In this document: in pieces, positions 46,892-56,693 of the stretch | How positions within the stretch are numbered: position 1 is the stretch's first letter | Layout: every line of letters starts with the position of its first letter | NCBI GenBank assembly: GCA_964357635.1 | Contig: CAYHLZ010000001.1 | Location: 198,674 to 262,673 of the forward strand | Source of the DNA: an uncultured Candidatus Saccharibacteria bacterium | GTDB taxonomy: Bacteria; Patescibacteriota; Minisyncoccia; Phycocordibacterales; Zambryskibacteraceae | Reading direction: 5' to 3' | Length of the DNA: 64,000 bases | The notes under the pieces: model-generated | The model's database searches: none | Seen by the model: the letters and a program-made list of their open reading frames with translations, nothing else | What the model was told of the DNA's origin: nothing | Program-made: the position numbers and the translations under genes

Positions 46892-47941
46892 CTACTTGAT
46901 AGATTCAGCTAGCGCAAGCTCTAGAGCAAGCTCAGGGATAGAGGTTCTCCCGCTGTCTTCGTAGGCGGTGATGAAGCGTAAGAGCGTCTCTGCCGTCAGG
47001 TCTTTCTCGGCCTTCTCGGCAAGAGATTTTAGGAATTTAAATTCGTCTTCCCCCACCTCTTCTTCAATGTCTTTCTCCATACCAGCCTTCAGACGAAGAA
47101 GAAAGAGGAGTCGCAGTTTCTCTAAAATAAGTTTGGCAAAGAGTTTTGAATCGGCATTCGCCTCCCCTGCTTTCTTTATCGCCTTCAATCCCTTCTCCAA
47201 GTTTTTCTCCACTACTGCCGAGATAACTTCCCGCATCAGTTCTCCCCTCGGCGCACCCGTCACCGCTTCTACTTCCTCTCTTGTAATCTTTTTATCACTC
47301 GTGGATGAAAGAATTTTCTCCAAGATTCCATGCACATCGCGGAATGAGCCGTCTCCGAGAAGAGCAATGAGTTCTGCCGCTTCTTTTTCAAGCACCACAC
47401 CCTCTTTCTTGGCAACAGAGGAGATAAAGTCTTTGAGTATTGCTTGAGTCGGTTGTCTAAATCTGAATGTCTGACAGCGCGAGATGACTGTCTCCGGCAC
47501 TTTCTCAAGTTCGGTGGTGGCGAAGATAAAGACAACGTGCTTGGGTGGTTCCTCCAGAGTTTTCAAAAAGGCGTTCCACGCTTCTTTGGTGAGCATGTGC
47601 GTTTCGTCAATGATATAGACCTTGTACTTGGACTCAAATGGCAAAGTGTTCACCGACTCCCTGATTTCACGGACATCATCTATGCCCCGGTTAGAAGCAG
47701 CATCCATCTCCACAAGGTCGTTTGCCGATGTGCCAATCTCACGTGCAAGAATTCTTGCCACAGAAGTTTTCCCTGTACCTCTCGGACCAGAAAAGAGATA
47801 GGCGTGCGAGATGTTACCGAGTTTGAGTGCTCCCTCCAAGACTTTCACAATATGGTCTTGCCCGACAACATCACCGAATTTCTCTGGTCTATACCTTCTA
47901 TATAAAACTTGGGGTGACTTCTCCGCTTTTTTCATAGACAT
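46892..47941 (-). CDS. dnaX: DNA polymerase III subunit gamma/tau (short form)
   Basis: YRPEKFGDVVGQDHIV...AYLFSGPRGTGKTS, with a Walker B/sensor pattern (IIDETHMLT). Confidence 0.85.
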   Translation of the reverse strand: MSMKKAEKSPQVLYRRYRPEKFGDVVGQDHIVKVLEGALKLGNISHAYLFSGPRGTGKTSVARILAREIGTSANDLVEMDAASNRGIDDVREIRESVNTLPFESKYKVYIIDETHMLTKEAWNAFLKTLEEPPKHVVFIFATTELEKVPETVISRCQTFRFRQPTQAILKDFISSVAKKEGVVLEKEAAELIALLGDGSFRDVHGILEKILSSTSDKKITREEVEAVTGAPRGELMREVISAVVEKNLEKGLKAIKKAGEANADSKLFAKLILEKLRLLFLLRLKAGMEKDIEEEVGEDEFKFLKSLAEKAEKDLTAETLLRFITAYEDSGRTSIPELALELALAESIK

Positions 47942-47950
47942 TAGTATAAC

Positions 47951-48907
47951 TTATTCGCCAAGAAACTCCGAAATAATCTTTTCCACCTCTTCTCCCCCAT
48001 CTTGCTCCATGAGTCGCGCACGTAAGTCTGCCGCGCCGTCAAAGCCGTTTACATATGCCTTGAAGTGCTTTTTCATAATGGCAAAGCTCTTGACGCTACC
48101 TAGGAGTTTTTCAAAAAGTTTTGTGTGTTCCACAAGTACTTTGAGTTTCTCTTCTGTTGTCGGTAAGTGTTTTGAGAAGAGCCACGGGTTACCAAATATT
48201 CCTCTCCCAATCATGACCCCATCGCAACCTGTCTCTTCACACTTCTTTTTTGCATCGTCAATGTCTACAACGTCACCATTACCAAAGATTAGAGTGTCTA
48301 CTCCTGCCTCATCACGTATCTTTACCGCCTCTTTCACAAGGTCCCACCTCGCAGGCACTTTTGACATTTCTTTTCTCGTGCGAGCATGAATCGTTACCAC
48401 GGCAGGTTCTTCTTTCAAAATTTCTGGAAGCCATTTATCCAGTTCTGGTTTGTTGTAACCGGTTCTTGCTTTGAGTGAGACAGGCAAATCCCCTGCACCC
48501 TCTTTGGCCGCTTTTATAAGAACTCTCGCAAGCTTTGCGTCCTTCATAAGTTTTGCTCCCGCACCCTGTTTTTCTATCGTCCTGTCTGGGCAACCCATAT
48601 TTATATCCACCCCGTCAAAGCCGAGTTTCCGCGCCAACTCCGCCGCCTTTTTCATATGCTCTGGATTTGAAGTGAAGAACTGTGCCACTATCGGGCGTTC
48701 CGCTTCCGAGTATTCCAAGTCTTTCAAAAGTTTTTTTCTCCCCTCCTCTGGCGCAAGAACCAGACCATCGGCTGAAACGAACTCGGTCCACATCACATCA
48801 GGCTTGCCATACTTGGCGATAACGCTTCGGAAGGCAGCATCTGTGACATTGGCCATGGGTGCCAGCGCCATTACAGGCTTTTTCAAACTTTGCCAGAAGT
48901 TACTCAC
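47951..48907 (-). CDS. dus: tRNA-dihydrouridine synthase
   Basis: ALAPMANVTDAAFR N-terminus, a TIM-barrel FMN site (DINMGCP) and the catalytic-Cys region; 318 aa. Confidence 0.8.
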   Translation of the reverse strand: MSNFWQSLKKPVMALAPMANVTDAAFRSVIAKYGKPDVMWTEFVSADGLVLAPEEGRKKLLKDLEYSEAERPIVAQFFTSNPEHMKKAAELARKLGFDGVDINMGCPDRTIEKQGAGAKLMKDAKLARVLIKAAKEGAGDLPVSLKARTGYNKPELDKWLPEILKEEPAVVTIHARTRKEMSKVPARWDLVKEAVKIRDEAGVDTLIFGNGDVVDIDDAKKKCEETGCDGVMIGRGIFGNPWLFSKHLPTTEEKLKVLVEHTKLFEKLLGSVKSFAIMKKHFKAYVNGFDGAADLRARLMEQDGGEEVEKIISEFLGE

Positions 48908-48908
48908 T

Positions 48909-49742
48909 TTATTTAAACTTATAAAAAACTTTGTTCTCGCTACTTAGGTTTAGATAAAGAATCCTGTCCAGAAAATCTTTTTGTGCACGAATAGAGTCGT
49001 CAGAAAGAAAGGCGTTTAAGTTTGCGAATATCTGCGAAAGCTCATTATCTTTCTGCCAGATAATTTTCCCGCCACTAGAGAGAAATATCTGATAGTCGTC
49101 CTCTCCGATCTCTAGAGCTACGGAGTCAACGTTTAAATCCTTGATGTCTTCTCTAAATTTTGAAAATGCTTTAAACTCTTCAACGTTCATTAGCCTCTCA
49201 CCAACCGGTTCCGAGAAAGCTTTCTCGGTGGCATATACAAAGTAACTATTCCCCGAAAACGATGGTGCCGGTGCAAAGATAAGCCCTTCTTCATCAAGGA
49301 AATAGCACTTGCCCGTCTCTTGAGAGATGATAACTTCTCTGCAATACAGAGCGTGAGGCAGACGCTCTTCAACGCTTATATAAAGAGTTCTCTCTTTCAA
49401 ATCAAGCGTAGCGGAAGAAAGTCTCGGAAACTCTGTCACAAGGGCGCGCTCAATAGTACGACGAGGATAGAGTATAAAGTTTGACCTCGGCACCACAAAG
49501 AGGTAGAAACCGGTAAGCAGATTTTCGGCAACAAGAGTAATCTCGTCTCTATCTATAACATTCTCTCCTAGAACAGAAACTTCAGAGACTTGAAACCGTT
49601 CTTCGCGTAGAAAATAAACTAGCCCGTAAGTTATAGAAGAAATCAGAAAAAGAAAAAAGATAAGAAGCGCAATTTTCTTTCTCTTCTTTTTTTTATAAAA
49701 TTTTGATGAATGAAGAACTTTTCCGCTTGAGACAATTTTCAT
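48909..49742 (-). CDS. ftsQ: FtsQ/DivIB-like cell-division protein (TM plus POTRA)
   Basis: Basic N-terminus, a single TM, then a POTRA-like block (FQVSEVSVLGENVIDRDEI). A weak call. Confidence 0.4.
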   Translation of the reverse strand: MKIVSSGKVLHSSKFYKKKKRKKIALLIFFLFLISSITYGLVYFLREERFQVSEVSVLGENVIDRDEITLVAENLLTGFYLFVVPRSNFILYPRRTIERALVTEFPRLSSATLDLKERTLYISVEERLPHALYCREVIISQETGKCYFLDEEGLIFAPAPSFSGNSYFVYATEKAFSEPVGERLMNVEEFKAFSKFREDIKDLNVDSVALEIGEDDYQIFLSSGGKIIWQKDNELSQIFANLNAFLSDDSIRAQKDFLDRILYLNLSSENKVFYKFK

Positions 49743-51004
49743 TTCTTTATCACAGAAAGACCGTTCATATAAGGCACCAGAACTTGAGGAATCTTTATAG
49801 AACCATCTTCTTGTTGGAAATTCTCTACTAGAGAAACAAGGATACGAGGAGTAGGTATGGCGGTGGCATTCAAAGAATGCACGTACTTTATCTTGCCGTC
49901 ACTATCTTTGTAGCGAGTATTGAATCTCCTTGTCTGAAAGTCGTGGTAGTAAGAAGCGCTTGCTATCTCTCTGTATTTCCCCTCCTTCGGCACCCAGAGT
50001 TCTGTGTCATACGACTTCACGTGAGCGCCCTTGAGGTCTCCGGTGCAAATGACCAACTGCTGATATGGAATACCAAGAGATTCTATAAACTCTTCGGTGT
50101 TTCTATTTAACTCTTCATGGAATTTTACAGACTCATCATGACTTGCTTCGCATAAGACGAGTTGTTCAAGTTTGAAAAACTCATGCACTCGGATGAGACC
50201 CTTCACATCCTTAGAGTAACTTCCTGCTTCACGTCTAAAACATGGAGAGAAAGCCAAGTACCTCTTCGGCAAATCTTTTTTCTCGAAAAGTTCTTCAGCG
50301 TGGTATGCCATCATTGGAATCTCAGCAGTTCCCGCCAGGTAGTCCCCGTCTTGGGTCTGGTAAATATCTTCCGCGCCACTCGGCAAGTGTCCTGTGCCGT
50401 ATAAAAAGTTTTTGTGAACGATAACTGGTGGCAAAAATAGGTCAAAACCTTTGCCGAGAAAAAAGTCTCTAGAATAATTCCAAATAGCCCAAGAAAGCAT
50501 TGCACCGGAATTTTTTAAGTAATAGCCCCTAAAGCCGTGAGTCTTGGTCCCCCTTTCAAAGTCAACCATGTTTAACTCGGTCATGAGTTCAATATGGTCT
50601 TTGGGTTCAAAGTTAAACTTCGGTTTCTCGCCCCAAGTCTTTAAAACTTTGTTATCCTCCTCGCCTTTTCCATGTGGTACCGAAGCATCTGGCACATTGG
50701 GTACCTCAAGCATCAAGGCCTGCCATTCTTTCAAAACATTTTTGAGTTCCGCTTCTTCTTTCTCAAGTTCACCTTTGAGCACCTTCATCTTCTCCATGAT
50801 TTGGGAGCGCTCTTCCGAACTTGCTTTAACTATGGCGTTACTGGAAACCTTTTGTTCTGCTCTCTTTTCTTCGGTGCGGGCAAGTAAATTTTTACGCCTA
50901 TCATCTACTAGAAGAAGCCTGTCAATGTCAAAACTTATGCGTTTCAACTTCGCTGCCTCCTCCAAGAGCTTCTTATTCTCTCTAATAAACTTGATGTCGA
51001 GCAT
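49739..51004 (-). CDS. serS: Seryl-tRNA synthetase (start at MLDIKFIREN)
   Basis: N-terminal coiled-coil arm and class-II core motifs (FRREAGSYSKDVKGLIRVHEF, GLPYQQLVICTGDLKGAHVKSYD). Confidence 0.9.
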   Translation of the reverse strand: MLDIKFIRENKKLLEEAAKLKRISFDIDRLLLVDDRRKNLLARTEEKRAEQKVSSNAIVKASSEERSQIMEKMKVLKGELEKEEAELKNVLKEWQALMLEVPNVPDASVPHGKGEEDNKVLKTWGEKPKFNFEPKDHIELMTELNMVDFERGTKTHGFRGYYLKNSGAMLSWAIWNYSRDFFLGKGFDLFLPPVIVHKNFLYGTGHLPSGAEDIYQTQDGDYLAGTAEIPMMAYHAEELFEKKDLPKRYLAFSPCFRREAGSYSKDVKGLIRVHEFFKLEQLVLCEASHDESVKFHEELNRNTEEFIESLGIPYQQLVICTGDLKGAHVKSYDTELWVPKEGKYREIASASYYHDFQTRRFNTRYKDSDGKIKYVHSLNATAIPTPRILVSLVENFQQEDGSIKIPQVLVPYMNGLSVIKK

Positions 51005-51026
51005 ATTACATAGCAATATTAACATA

Positions 51027-51884
51027 ATGATACGCGAACTTCTTCCACACGAGTTTCCAGAACTTCTTAAAGAAATCCCTGACCCTCCAAAACAGTTGCG
51101 CTACGAAGGCGCCTTACCTAAAGATGGTAACAAGCTCTTGGCAGTTGTCGGCTCAAGAAAGTATTCAAGTTATGGTAGGGAAGTTTGCGAAACAATTATT
51201 TCCGGACTCTCCGACTCCCCCATAACCATAGTCTCGGGTCTGGCACTTGGTATAGATTCCATAGCTCATCGTGCCTCTATGCGCGCAGGTCTTCAAACCA
51301 TTGCGATACCCGGCTCTGGCCTTGACCGCAAGGTGCTTCACCCGCATTCGCACGTTAATCTCGCAAACGAAATTATTGAAAATGGTGGGGGACTTATGTC
51401 TGAATACGACGACACGATGCCTTCCGGTGCATGGGCTTTCCCAAGGAGAAACAGAATCATGGCAGGGATGTGTCATGCGGTCCTCGTCATTGAAGCAGAG
51501 AAAAAGTCTGGCACCCTTATCACTTCTCGCCTCGCCACAGAATACAACCGAGAAGTGGGAGCTGTCCCTGGTCCTATAAACTCCCCCACATCTGATGGAC
51601 CGCATATGCTCATTAGACTCGGCGCAGCGCTGGTCCGTGACGCAAACGATTGTTTGGAGCTTCTGGGGCTAAAGAGAAAGGATGAGGCGCCAACTTTGCT
51701 TGATTTGGAAGAGCTTTCGGACGAGGAGAAAATTTTTATAAAAATATTGGAGAATCCGTGCTCCAGAGATGAACTTATAAGGGAAAGTAAACTGGATACT
51801 GGTGGCGCTAGTGCAATACTTTCGCTTCTGGAAATCAAAGGGTTGATTGTGGAGGAACTTGGTGAAGTTCGTAAAACTTTTTAA
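51027..51884 (+). CDS. dprA: DNA processing protein DprA/Smf (start corrected to MIRELLPHEF; the ORF-track N-terminal extension is spurious)
   Basis: Rossmann-like DprA core (AVVGSRKYSSYGREV...IVSGLALGIDSIAHRASMRAGLQTIAIPGSGLD...GTLITSRLATEYNREVGAVPG) and a C-terminal winged-helix domain. Confidence 0.85.
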   Translation: MIRELLPHEFPELLKEIPDPPKQLRYEGALPKDGNKLLAVVGSRKYSSYGREVCETIISGLSDSPITIVSGLALGIDSIAHRASMRAGLQTIAIPGSGLDRKVLHPHSHVNLANEIIENGGGLMSEYDDTMPSGAWAFPRRNRIMAGMCHAVLVIEAEKKSGTLITSRLATEYNREVGAVPGPINSPTSDGPHMLIRLGAALVRDANDCLELLGLKRKDEAPTLLDLEELSDEEKIFIKILENPCSRDELIRESKLDTGGASAILSLLEIKGLIVEELGEVRKTF

Positions 51885-51931
51885 CGAGACAAGTTTGCAA
51901 ATAAAAAGTTTCTGTAGTACTAATTGAGACC

Positions 51932-54121
51932 ATGAAGCTTTTAATAGTAGAGTCACCGTCAAAAGCAAAGACGATTGAAAAATATCTTGGAAAAGATTTT
52001 CGCGTGCTTGCTTCTGTTGGCCATATTCGCGACCTGCCCAAGTCAAACAGGGCAGCTATTGATATAGAAGCAGGCTTTGTCCCCCACTACGAAGTAGTGA
52101 AAGGAAAGGAAAAAATAATTGCCGAAATTAAATCACTTGTAAAAAAGGCAGATGAGGTACTCCTTGCCACAGACCCCGACCGAGAGGGCGAAGCTATTGC
52201 TTGGCACGTTCAAGAGGCTGTGGGACTAAAAAACCTTAAACGCATAGTGTTTTACGAAATAACCAAGGAGGCTATAGAAGAGGCTCTAGAGAAGCCCAGA
52301 GCCATTGATACGGGTCTTAGGGAGGCACAAGAAGCTAGACGAGTCCTTGACCGACTGGTGGGATACGATCTCTCTGGGCTCATTTGGAAAAAGGTGCGTT
52401 ACGGACTCTCTGCCGGCAGAGTGCAATCCCCTGCACTTCGTATCATCATGGAGTGCGAACGTGAGATACGTGCCTTCAAGCCGATTACTTTCTGGAGTAT
52501 TACCGCAAACCTTGAGGATAAACTTAAAAATAATCTTCTATTCTTCTCTTCCAAAGAACCCACAGAGAAAGAAGAAGTAGAAAAAATTCTTTCTCTTGCT
52601 AAAGGTGGTTCTTGGAAAGTAACAGATATTAAGGAGACAGAGATGATGCGCACAGCTCGTGCTCCGTTTATCACCTCAACACTACAACAGACAGCAAGCT
52701 CTAGACTTGGGTTTGCCCCTTCGCAAAGTATGAGTATCGCCCAGAAACTCTATGAATCAGGGCACATTACTTACATGCGCACAGACTCTACAAATCTTGG
52801 TGGAGCTGCGCGCAAAGATATTGAAAATGTGGTGAAGAAGAAATATGGAGAAAACTATTTTGAATCACACGTCTTCGCTAAGAAGTCTAAGAACGCCCAA
52901 GAAGCACACGAAGCCATAAGACCGACACATATGGACGTAGAAAACGCTGGCAATACAGAAGCAGAGAAAAGGTTATACCAACTTATCTGGCAGAGAACTC
53001 TCTCTAGTCAAATGAAGTCAGCTAAAGTTATGCGCACTAAAGTTGTTGCTAACACCCACGCCACGGCGGGGCAAGTTTCCGACAAATCTTTCCCAGACTT
53101 CTGGCTCAATGGTTCACGCATCCTTTTTGACGGCTGGCTTAGAGCAGACAGAGCCTCTGCTGGTGAAGATGTCGTTTTACCGAAACTTGTGGTTGGCGAC
53201 CCGCTAAAACTTCTGGAGATTCATTCGGAAGAGAAACAAACAGAGCCACCAGCGCGATATTCTGAAGCAGGACTTATCAAAGAACTTGAGAAGCGTGGTA
53301 TCGGCCGACCGTCCACCTATGCCTCTATCATAAAAACTCTTACTGACCGCGGTTATGTAGAGAAAATTTCTAAAGCACTCTGTCCAACAGATACCGGTGA
53401 TGTTGTTAGCTCTTTTATTGAGGAACATTTCCCTACTTATATTAGTGACTCATTCACTGCCGAGATGGAAAACGAGTTGGATGACATTGCCAACGGGGAG
53501 CGTACTTACAAAAAAACTTTGAAAGACTTTTATACTCCTTTTCAAAAGGCGGTTAAATCTAAAGACGATATTCAAAAAGTGACCAATTTAGGAAAAGCGC
53601 CAAACGATGAGAAGTGCCCAGTCTGTGGTTCTCAAATGATAATTAAACTTGGTAAGAGTGGCAGATTTCTTTCGTGCGAGAAGTTTCCTCTATGCTCTGG
53701 TGCGCGAACTATAGACGGCAAAGAACTTCAAGGGCCGAAAGATACCGGAGAACTCTGTCCTAAATGTGAGAAAGGAAACTTGGTTACTCGTGAGGGTAAG
53801 TTTGGTATGTTTACCGCCTGCTCGCGCTTCCCTAAATGCAAATTTATAAAGAAAGACGAAGAACAAGAAAGAGCAAACTCAACAGGTGTAGAATGCCCCA
53901 CTTGTAAAAAAGGGTTCTTATCAGAACGAAGAGGTAGATTTGGAGTATTCTATAGTTGTTCTAACTATCCAGATTGTAAATATGCTATAAAAGCTAAGCC
54001 GACGGGCGAGATCTGCAAGACCTGTGGGTCTCTTATGATGGAAGGTACAAAGACCATTCCAGAGCGCTGTTCAGATAAAAAATGCCCCAACCACAACCCT
54101 CACAAACTAGAGAAGAAGTAG
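51932..54121 (+). CDS. topA: DNA topoisomerase I with four C-terminal C4 zinc ribbons
   Basis: Toprim N-terminus (LLIVESPSKAKTIEKYLG); the active-site Tyr region (GHITYMRTDS) lies after aa 280; repeated CPxC...C..C zinc ribbons. Confidence 0.9.
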   Translation: MKLLIVESPSKAKTIEKYLGKDFRVLASVGHIRDLPKSNRAAIDIEAGFVPHYEVVKGKEKIIAEIKSLVKKADEVLLATDPDREGEAIAWHVQEAVGLKNLKRIVFYEITKEAIEEALEKPRAIDTGLREAQEARRVLDRLVGYDLSGLIWKKVRYGLSAGRVQSPALRIIMECEREIRAFKPITFWSITANLEDKLKNNLLFFSSKEPTEKEEVEKILSLAKGGSWKVTDIKETEMMRTARAPFITSTLQQTASSRLGFAPSQSMSIAQKLYESGHITYMRTDSTNLGGAARKDIENVVKKKYGENYFESHVFAKKSKNAQEAHEAIRPTHMDVENAGNTEAEKRLYQLIWQRTLSSQMKSAKVMRTKVVANTHATAGQVSDKSFPDFWLNGSRILFDGWLRADRASAGEDVVLPKLVVGDPLKLLEIHSEEKQTEPPARYSEAGLIKELEKRGIGRPSTYASIIKTLTDRGYVEKISKALCPTDTGDVVSSFIEEHFPTYISDSFTAEMENELDDIANGERTYKKTLKDFYTPFQKAVKSKDDIQKVTNLGKAPNDEKCPVCGSQMIIKLGKSGRFLSCEKFPLCSGARTIDGKELQGPKDTGELCPKCEKGNLVTREGKFGMFTACSRFPKCKFIKKDEEQERANSTGVECPTCKKGFLSERRGRFGVFYSCSNYPDCKYAIKAKPTGEICKTCGSLMMEGTKTIPERCSDKKCPNHNPHKLEKK

Positions 54122-54147
54122 ACTCTCCAGCCAAAATTACAAGGAGC

Positions 54148-55641
54148 ATGGCGAGTCCTTCTCCTGAAGATATTGCGCTCGTCAAGAAAGCTTTTTCACT
54201 TGCTCGTCGCGCCAATGAAGGACGGGTGAGATTTTCTGGCGAGCCAAATTTGAGACACTTAGTAGAGTCTGCAAAAACTCTTGCAGAACTCGGCACTGGC
54301 ACCGCCACCATTGTCGCAGGACTACTTCATGATTCTATAGAAGATGCTGGCGTCCAAAGAGAGGTAATCGTAAAAGAATTCGGGGAAGAAGTTGCCTTCC
54401 TCATTGACGGAGTATCAAAACTTGGACACTTAAAGTACAAAGGGGCCGACAGACATAACGAAAGTCTTCGCAAACTCTTCGTAGCGATGTCAGAGGATAT
54501 TAGAGTTCTTCTCATTAAGCTTGCGTGCCGTTTACACAATATGAGAACTCTCGCCTATGTGCCGAAAGATAAACAAGGGCGTCTCGCCAGAGAGTCACTT
54601 GAGATATATGCGCCCATAGCTTACCGTCTAGGCATCAGAAAGATCAATCGTGAACTTGAAGACCTATCTTTTCCTTATGTTTATCCCAAGGAGTATGAGG
54701 AGATGAGAAAAACGTTGAAAGAAAGACACTTTGATAGAACTGAAAGTTTGGAAAAATTTTCTCGCTCTGTGAAAAAGGCTCTGGCTAAAGAAGGACTGAC
54801 TAAGGTTAAAACAGAGTATAGAGTAAAAGGACTTTATAGTCTTTATAAAAAGTATTTAAGATACGACCGAGATCTTGAAAAGATATATGACCTTAGTGCC
54901 ATGCGTATCTTGGTTGACTCTACGGTGGACTGCTACCGAGTTCTAGGAACAATACATGCACGCTGGAGACCTCTACCCGGTCGTATCAAGGATTACATCT
55001 CTGACCCCAAGGCAAACGGTTATCAAGCACTACACACCACTGTTTTCATTGGTGATGGCAACATTGTGGAAGTCCAGATTAAAACTCAAGATATGCACAA
55101 ATATTCAGAATACGGTATTGCCTCACACCTTTCTTATAAAGGAGGTAAAGAAAACAAAGATGTCTTGGCTTGGGTTCACGCTCTCCTACCAAAATCAACC
55201 CGGCCGAATAATGAAGGAGACCTGTCTGCCGGCAAGGCAGGAAACATGGACGTGCCCGCTTGGATAAAGGAACTTGCCCAGTATGAAGAACCTTCAAAAG
55301 ATTACAAACTTTTTCGAGAAGGTCTCACCAGCGATTTCTTTAGCCACAGGATATTCGTCTTCTCGCCCAAAGGAGATGTGGTGGACCTGCCAAATGACTC
55401 TACACCAATAGATTTTGCCTATTCAATACATTCAGATATTGGAAACCAAATGGCAGGGGCGAAGGTGAACGGTAAACTTGTCTCACTTGATAGCACGCTT
55501 CATAACGGAGATATTGTCATGATTGTGACGAAAGAGAATGCTAAACCAAACCGTAAATGGTTGGAGATGGCAAAGACCTCGCTTGCTCGTCGCCATATCC
55601 GACACAGACTTACTGAACTAAAAGACTTGAACCGCGACTAG
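54148..55641 (+). CDS. RelA/SpoT-homolog (p)ppGpp synthetase/hydrolase, short form (HD plus synthetase plus TGS, no ACT)
   Basis: HD motif (GLLHDSIED), synthetase motif (RILVDSTVDCYRVLGTIH...HTTV), and a TGS-like C-terminus (VNGKLVSLDSTLHNGDIVMIV). An RBS AAGGAG sits 1 nt before the chosen ATG. Confidence 0.8.
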   Translation: MASPSPEDIALVKKAFSLARRANEGRVRFSGEPNLRHLVESAKTLAELGTGTATIVAGLLHDSIEDAGVQREVIVKEFGEEVAFLIDGVSKLGHLKYKGADRHNESLRKLFVAMSEDIRVLLIKLACRLHNMRTLAYVPKDKQGRLARESLEIYAPIAYRLGIRKINRELEDLSFPYVYPKEYEEMRKTLKERHFDRTESLEKFSRSVKKALAKEGLTKVKTEYRVKGLYSLYKKYLRYDRDLEKIYDLSAMRILVDSTVDCYRVLGTIHARWRPLPGRIKDYISDPKANGYQALHTTVFIGDGNIVEVQIKTQDMHKYSEYGIASHLSYKGGKENKDVLAWVHALLPKSTRPNNEGDLSAGKAGNMDVPAWIKELAQYEEPSKDYKLFREGLTSDFFSHRIFVFSPKGDVVDLPNDSTPIDFAYSIHSDIGNQMAGAKVNGKLVSLDSTLHNGDIVMIVTKENAKPNRKWLEMAKTSLARRHIRHRLTELKDLNRD

Positions 55642-56561
55642 ATACTAAACTTACTAACAGAGTAGAGAGAATCGTCATCATCTGCCATGATTCTTTCTTC
55701 TTCGGTTAGTGCTGGAGCATTCTCTACAGACACTTCTGTACCTTCATCAGAAACAATTCTTTCAAGAAGTGCGCGTAAATCATCCTTATCAAAAAAGTCT
55801 ATGGTCACTCGCCCACCCGCCTCTTTCTTCTCAATTCTCACTCGAGTACCCAACTTTTCTTTGAACTGGTCTTCTATCTCTATGAGCTCTTGGTCTATGA
55901 GCTTTCTGGCGCGTTCTACGGCAATGTGGCGAGCGATACTCTCGGCTTCTCGGACATTGAGTTTCTTTGCCACAATTTCTTTGAAAAGAGTTTCCTGTTC
56001 TTGAGGTCTATCAATAAGCATCATTAATGGTCGGGTGTGTCCTTCGGTAATCTGATTCTTTGAAAGCGCTTCAATGATGTATTCCGGCAAAGTAAGAATG
56101 CGAAGGGAGTTTGAGACATATTCGCGACTCTTGCCGACCTTCTTACCAATCTCGTGGTGTTTAAAGTTAAATTCCCTTACTAGGCGGCCAAAGGCACGGG
56201 CTCGGTCAACTGGAGTAAGGTCTTCACGTTGAATGTTTTCTATTATGGCAAGCTCAAGCTTCATCAGGTCCGTCTCCTCACCTGTGCGGATAAGAACCGG
56301 TACCTGTGAGAGTCCTGCAAGACGAGCGGCGCGAAGGCGTCGTTCTCCTGCGACCAGTTCATACTCAACCCCAAGTCCTCCATCTTCTTTTAAAACTTCG
56401 TTACGAGTAACTACAAGCGCTTGGAGTACGCCGTACTGACGAATAGAATCTGCTAGGGCTCTCAACTGTGTTTCATCAAACTCTCGGCGAGGCTGATATG
56501 GGTTTGGTTTTATTTTATCCACCTCAACCCAGAAAACGGCATCGTTATAGAATCGCGACAT
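55638..56561 (-). CDS. parB: ParB/Spo0J-family partition (nucleoid occlusion-like) protein
   Basis: ParB N-terminal motifs (GVLQALVV, VAGERRLRAARLAGL) plus an HTH region. Confidence 0.75.
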   Translation of the reverse strand: MSRFYNDAVFWVEVDKIKPNPYQPRREFDETQLRALADSIRQYGVLQALVVTRNEVLKEDGGLGVEYELVAGERRLRAARLAGLSQVPVLIRTGEETDLMKLELAIIENIQREDLTPVDRARAFGRLVREFNFKHHEIGKKVGKSREYVSNSLRILTLPEYIIEALSKNQITEGHTRPLMMLIDRPQEQETLFKEIVAKKLNVREAESIARHIAVERARKLIDQELIEIEDQFKEKLGTRVRIEKKEAGGRVTIDFFDKDDLRALLERIVSDEGTEVSVENAPALTEEERIMADDDDSLYSVSKFSI

Positions 56562-56609
56562 AACTAGATTTTAACACGATTTTTTTGTAGAGTTAAGTCA
56601 CTTATCCTT

Positions 56610-56693
56610 GCCGGAGTGGCGGAATGGCAGACGCGCACGACTCAAAATCGTGTCTCGCAAGGGGTGTGGGTTCAAGTCCCACCTCCGGCACCA
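56610..56693 (+). tRNA. tRNA-Leu (anticodon CAA), type II with a long variable arm; CCA encoded
   Basis: Acceptor GCCGGAG/CTCCGGC, anticodon stem CACGA/TCGTG with loop CTCAAAA (A36-A37-A38), a long variable arm, T stem GTGGG/CCCAC, discriminator A, CCA. Confidence 0.85.

Noticed and set aside
50544-51026. N-terminal 160-aa extension of the dprA ORF (446 aa in the track)
   Set aside because: It is a low-complexity Ser/Leu-rich translation antisense to serS. DprA homology begins at the internal Met at 51027.
56616-56693. N-terminal 26 aa of the miaA ORF (MAEWQTRTTQNRVSQGVWVQVPPPAP)
   Set aside because: It is a translation of tRNA-Leu(CAA); the true start is the ATG at 56694.
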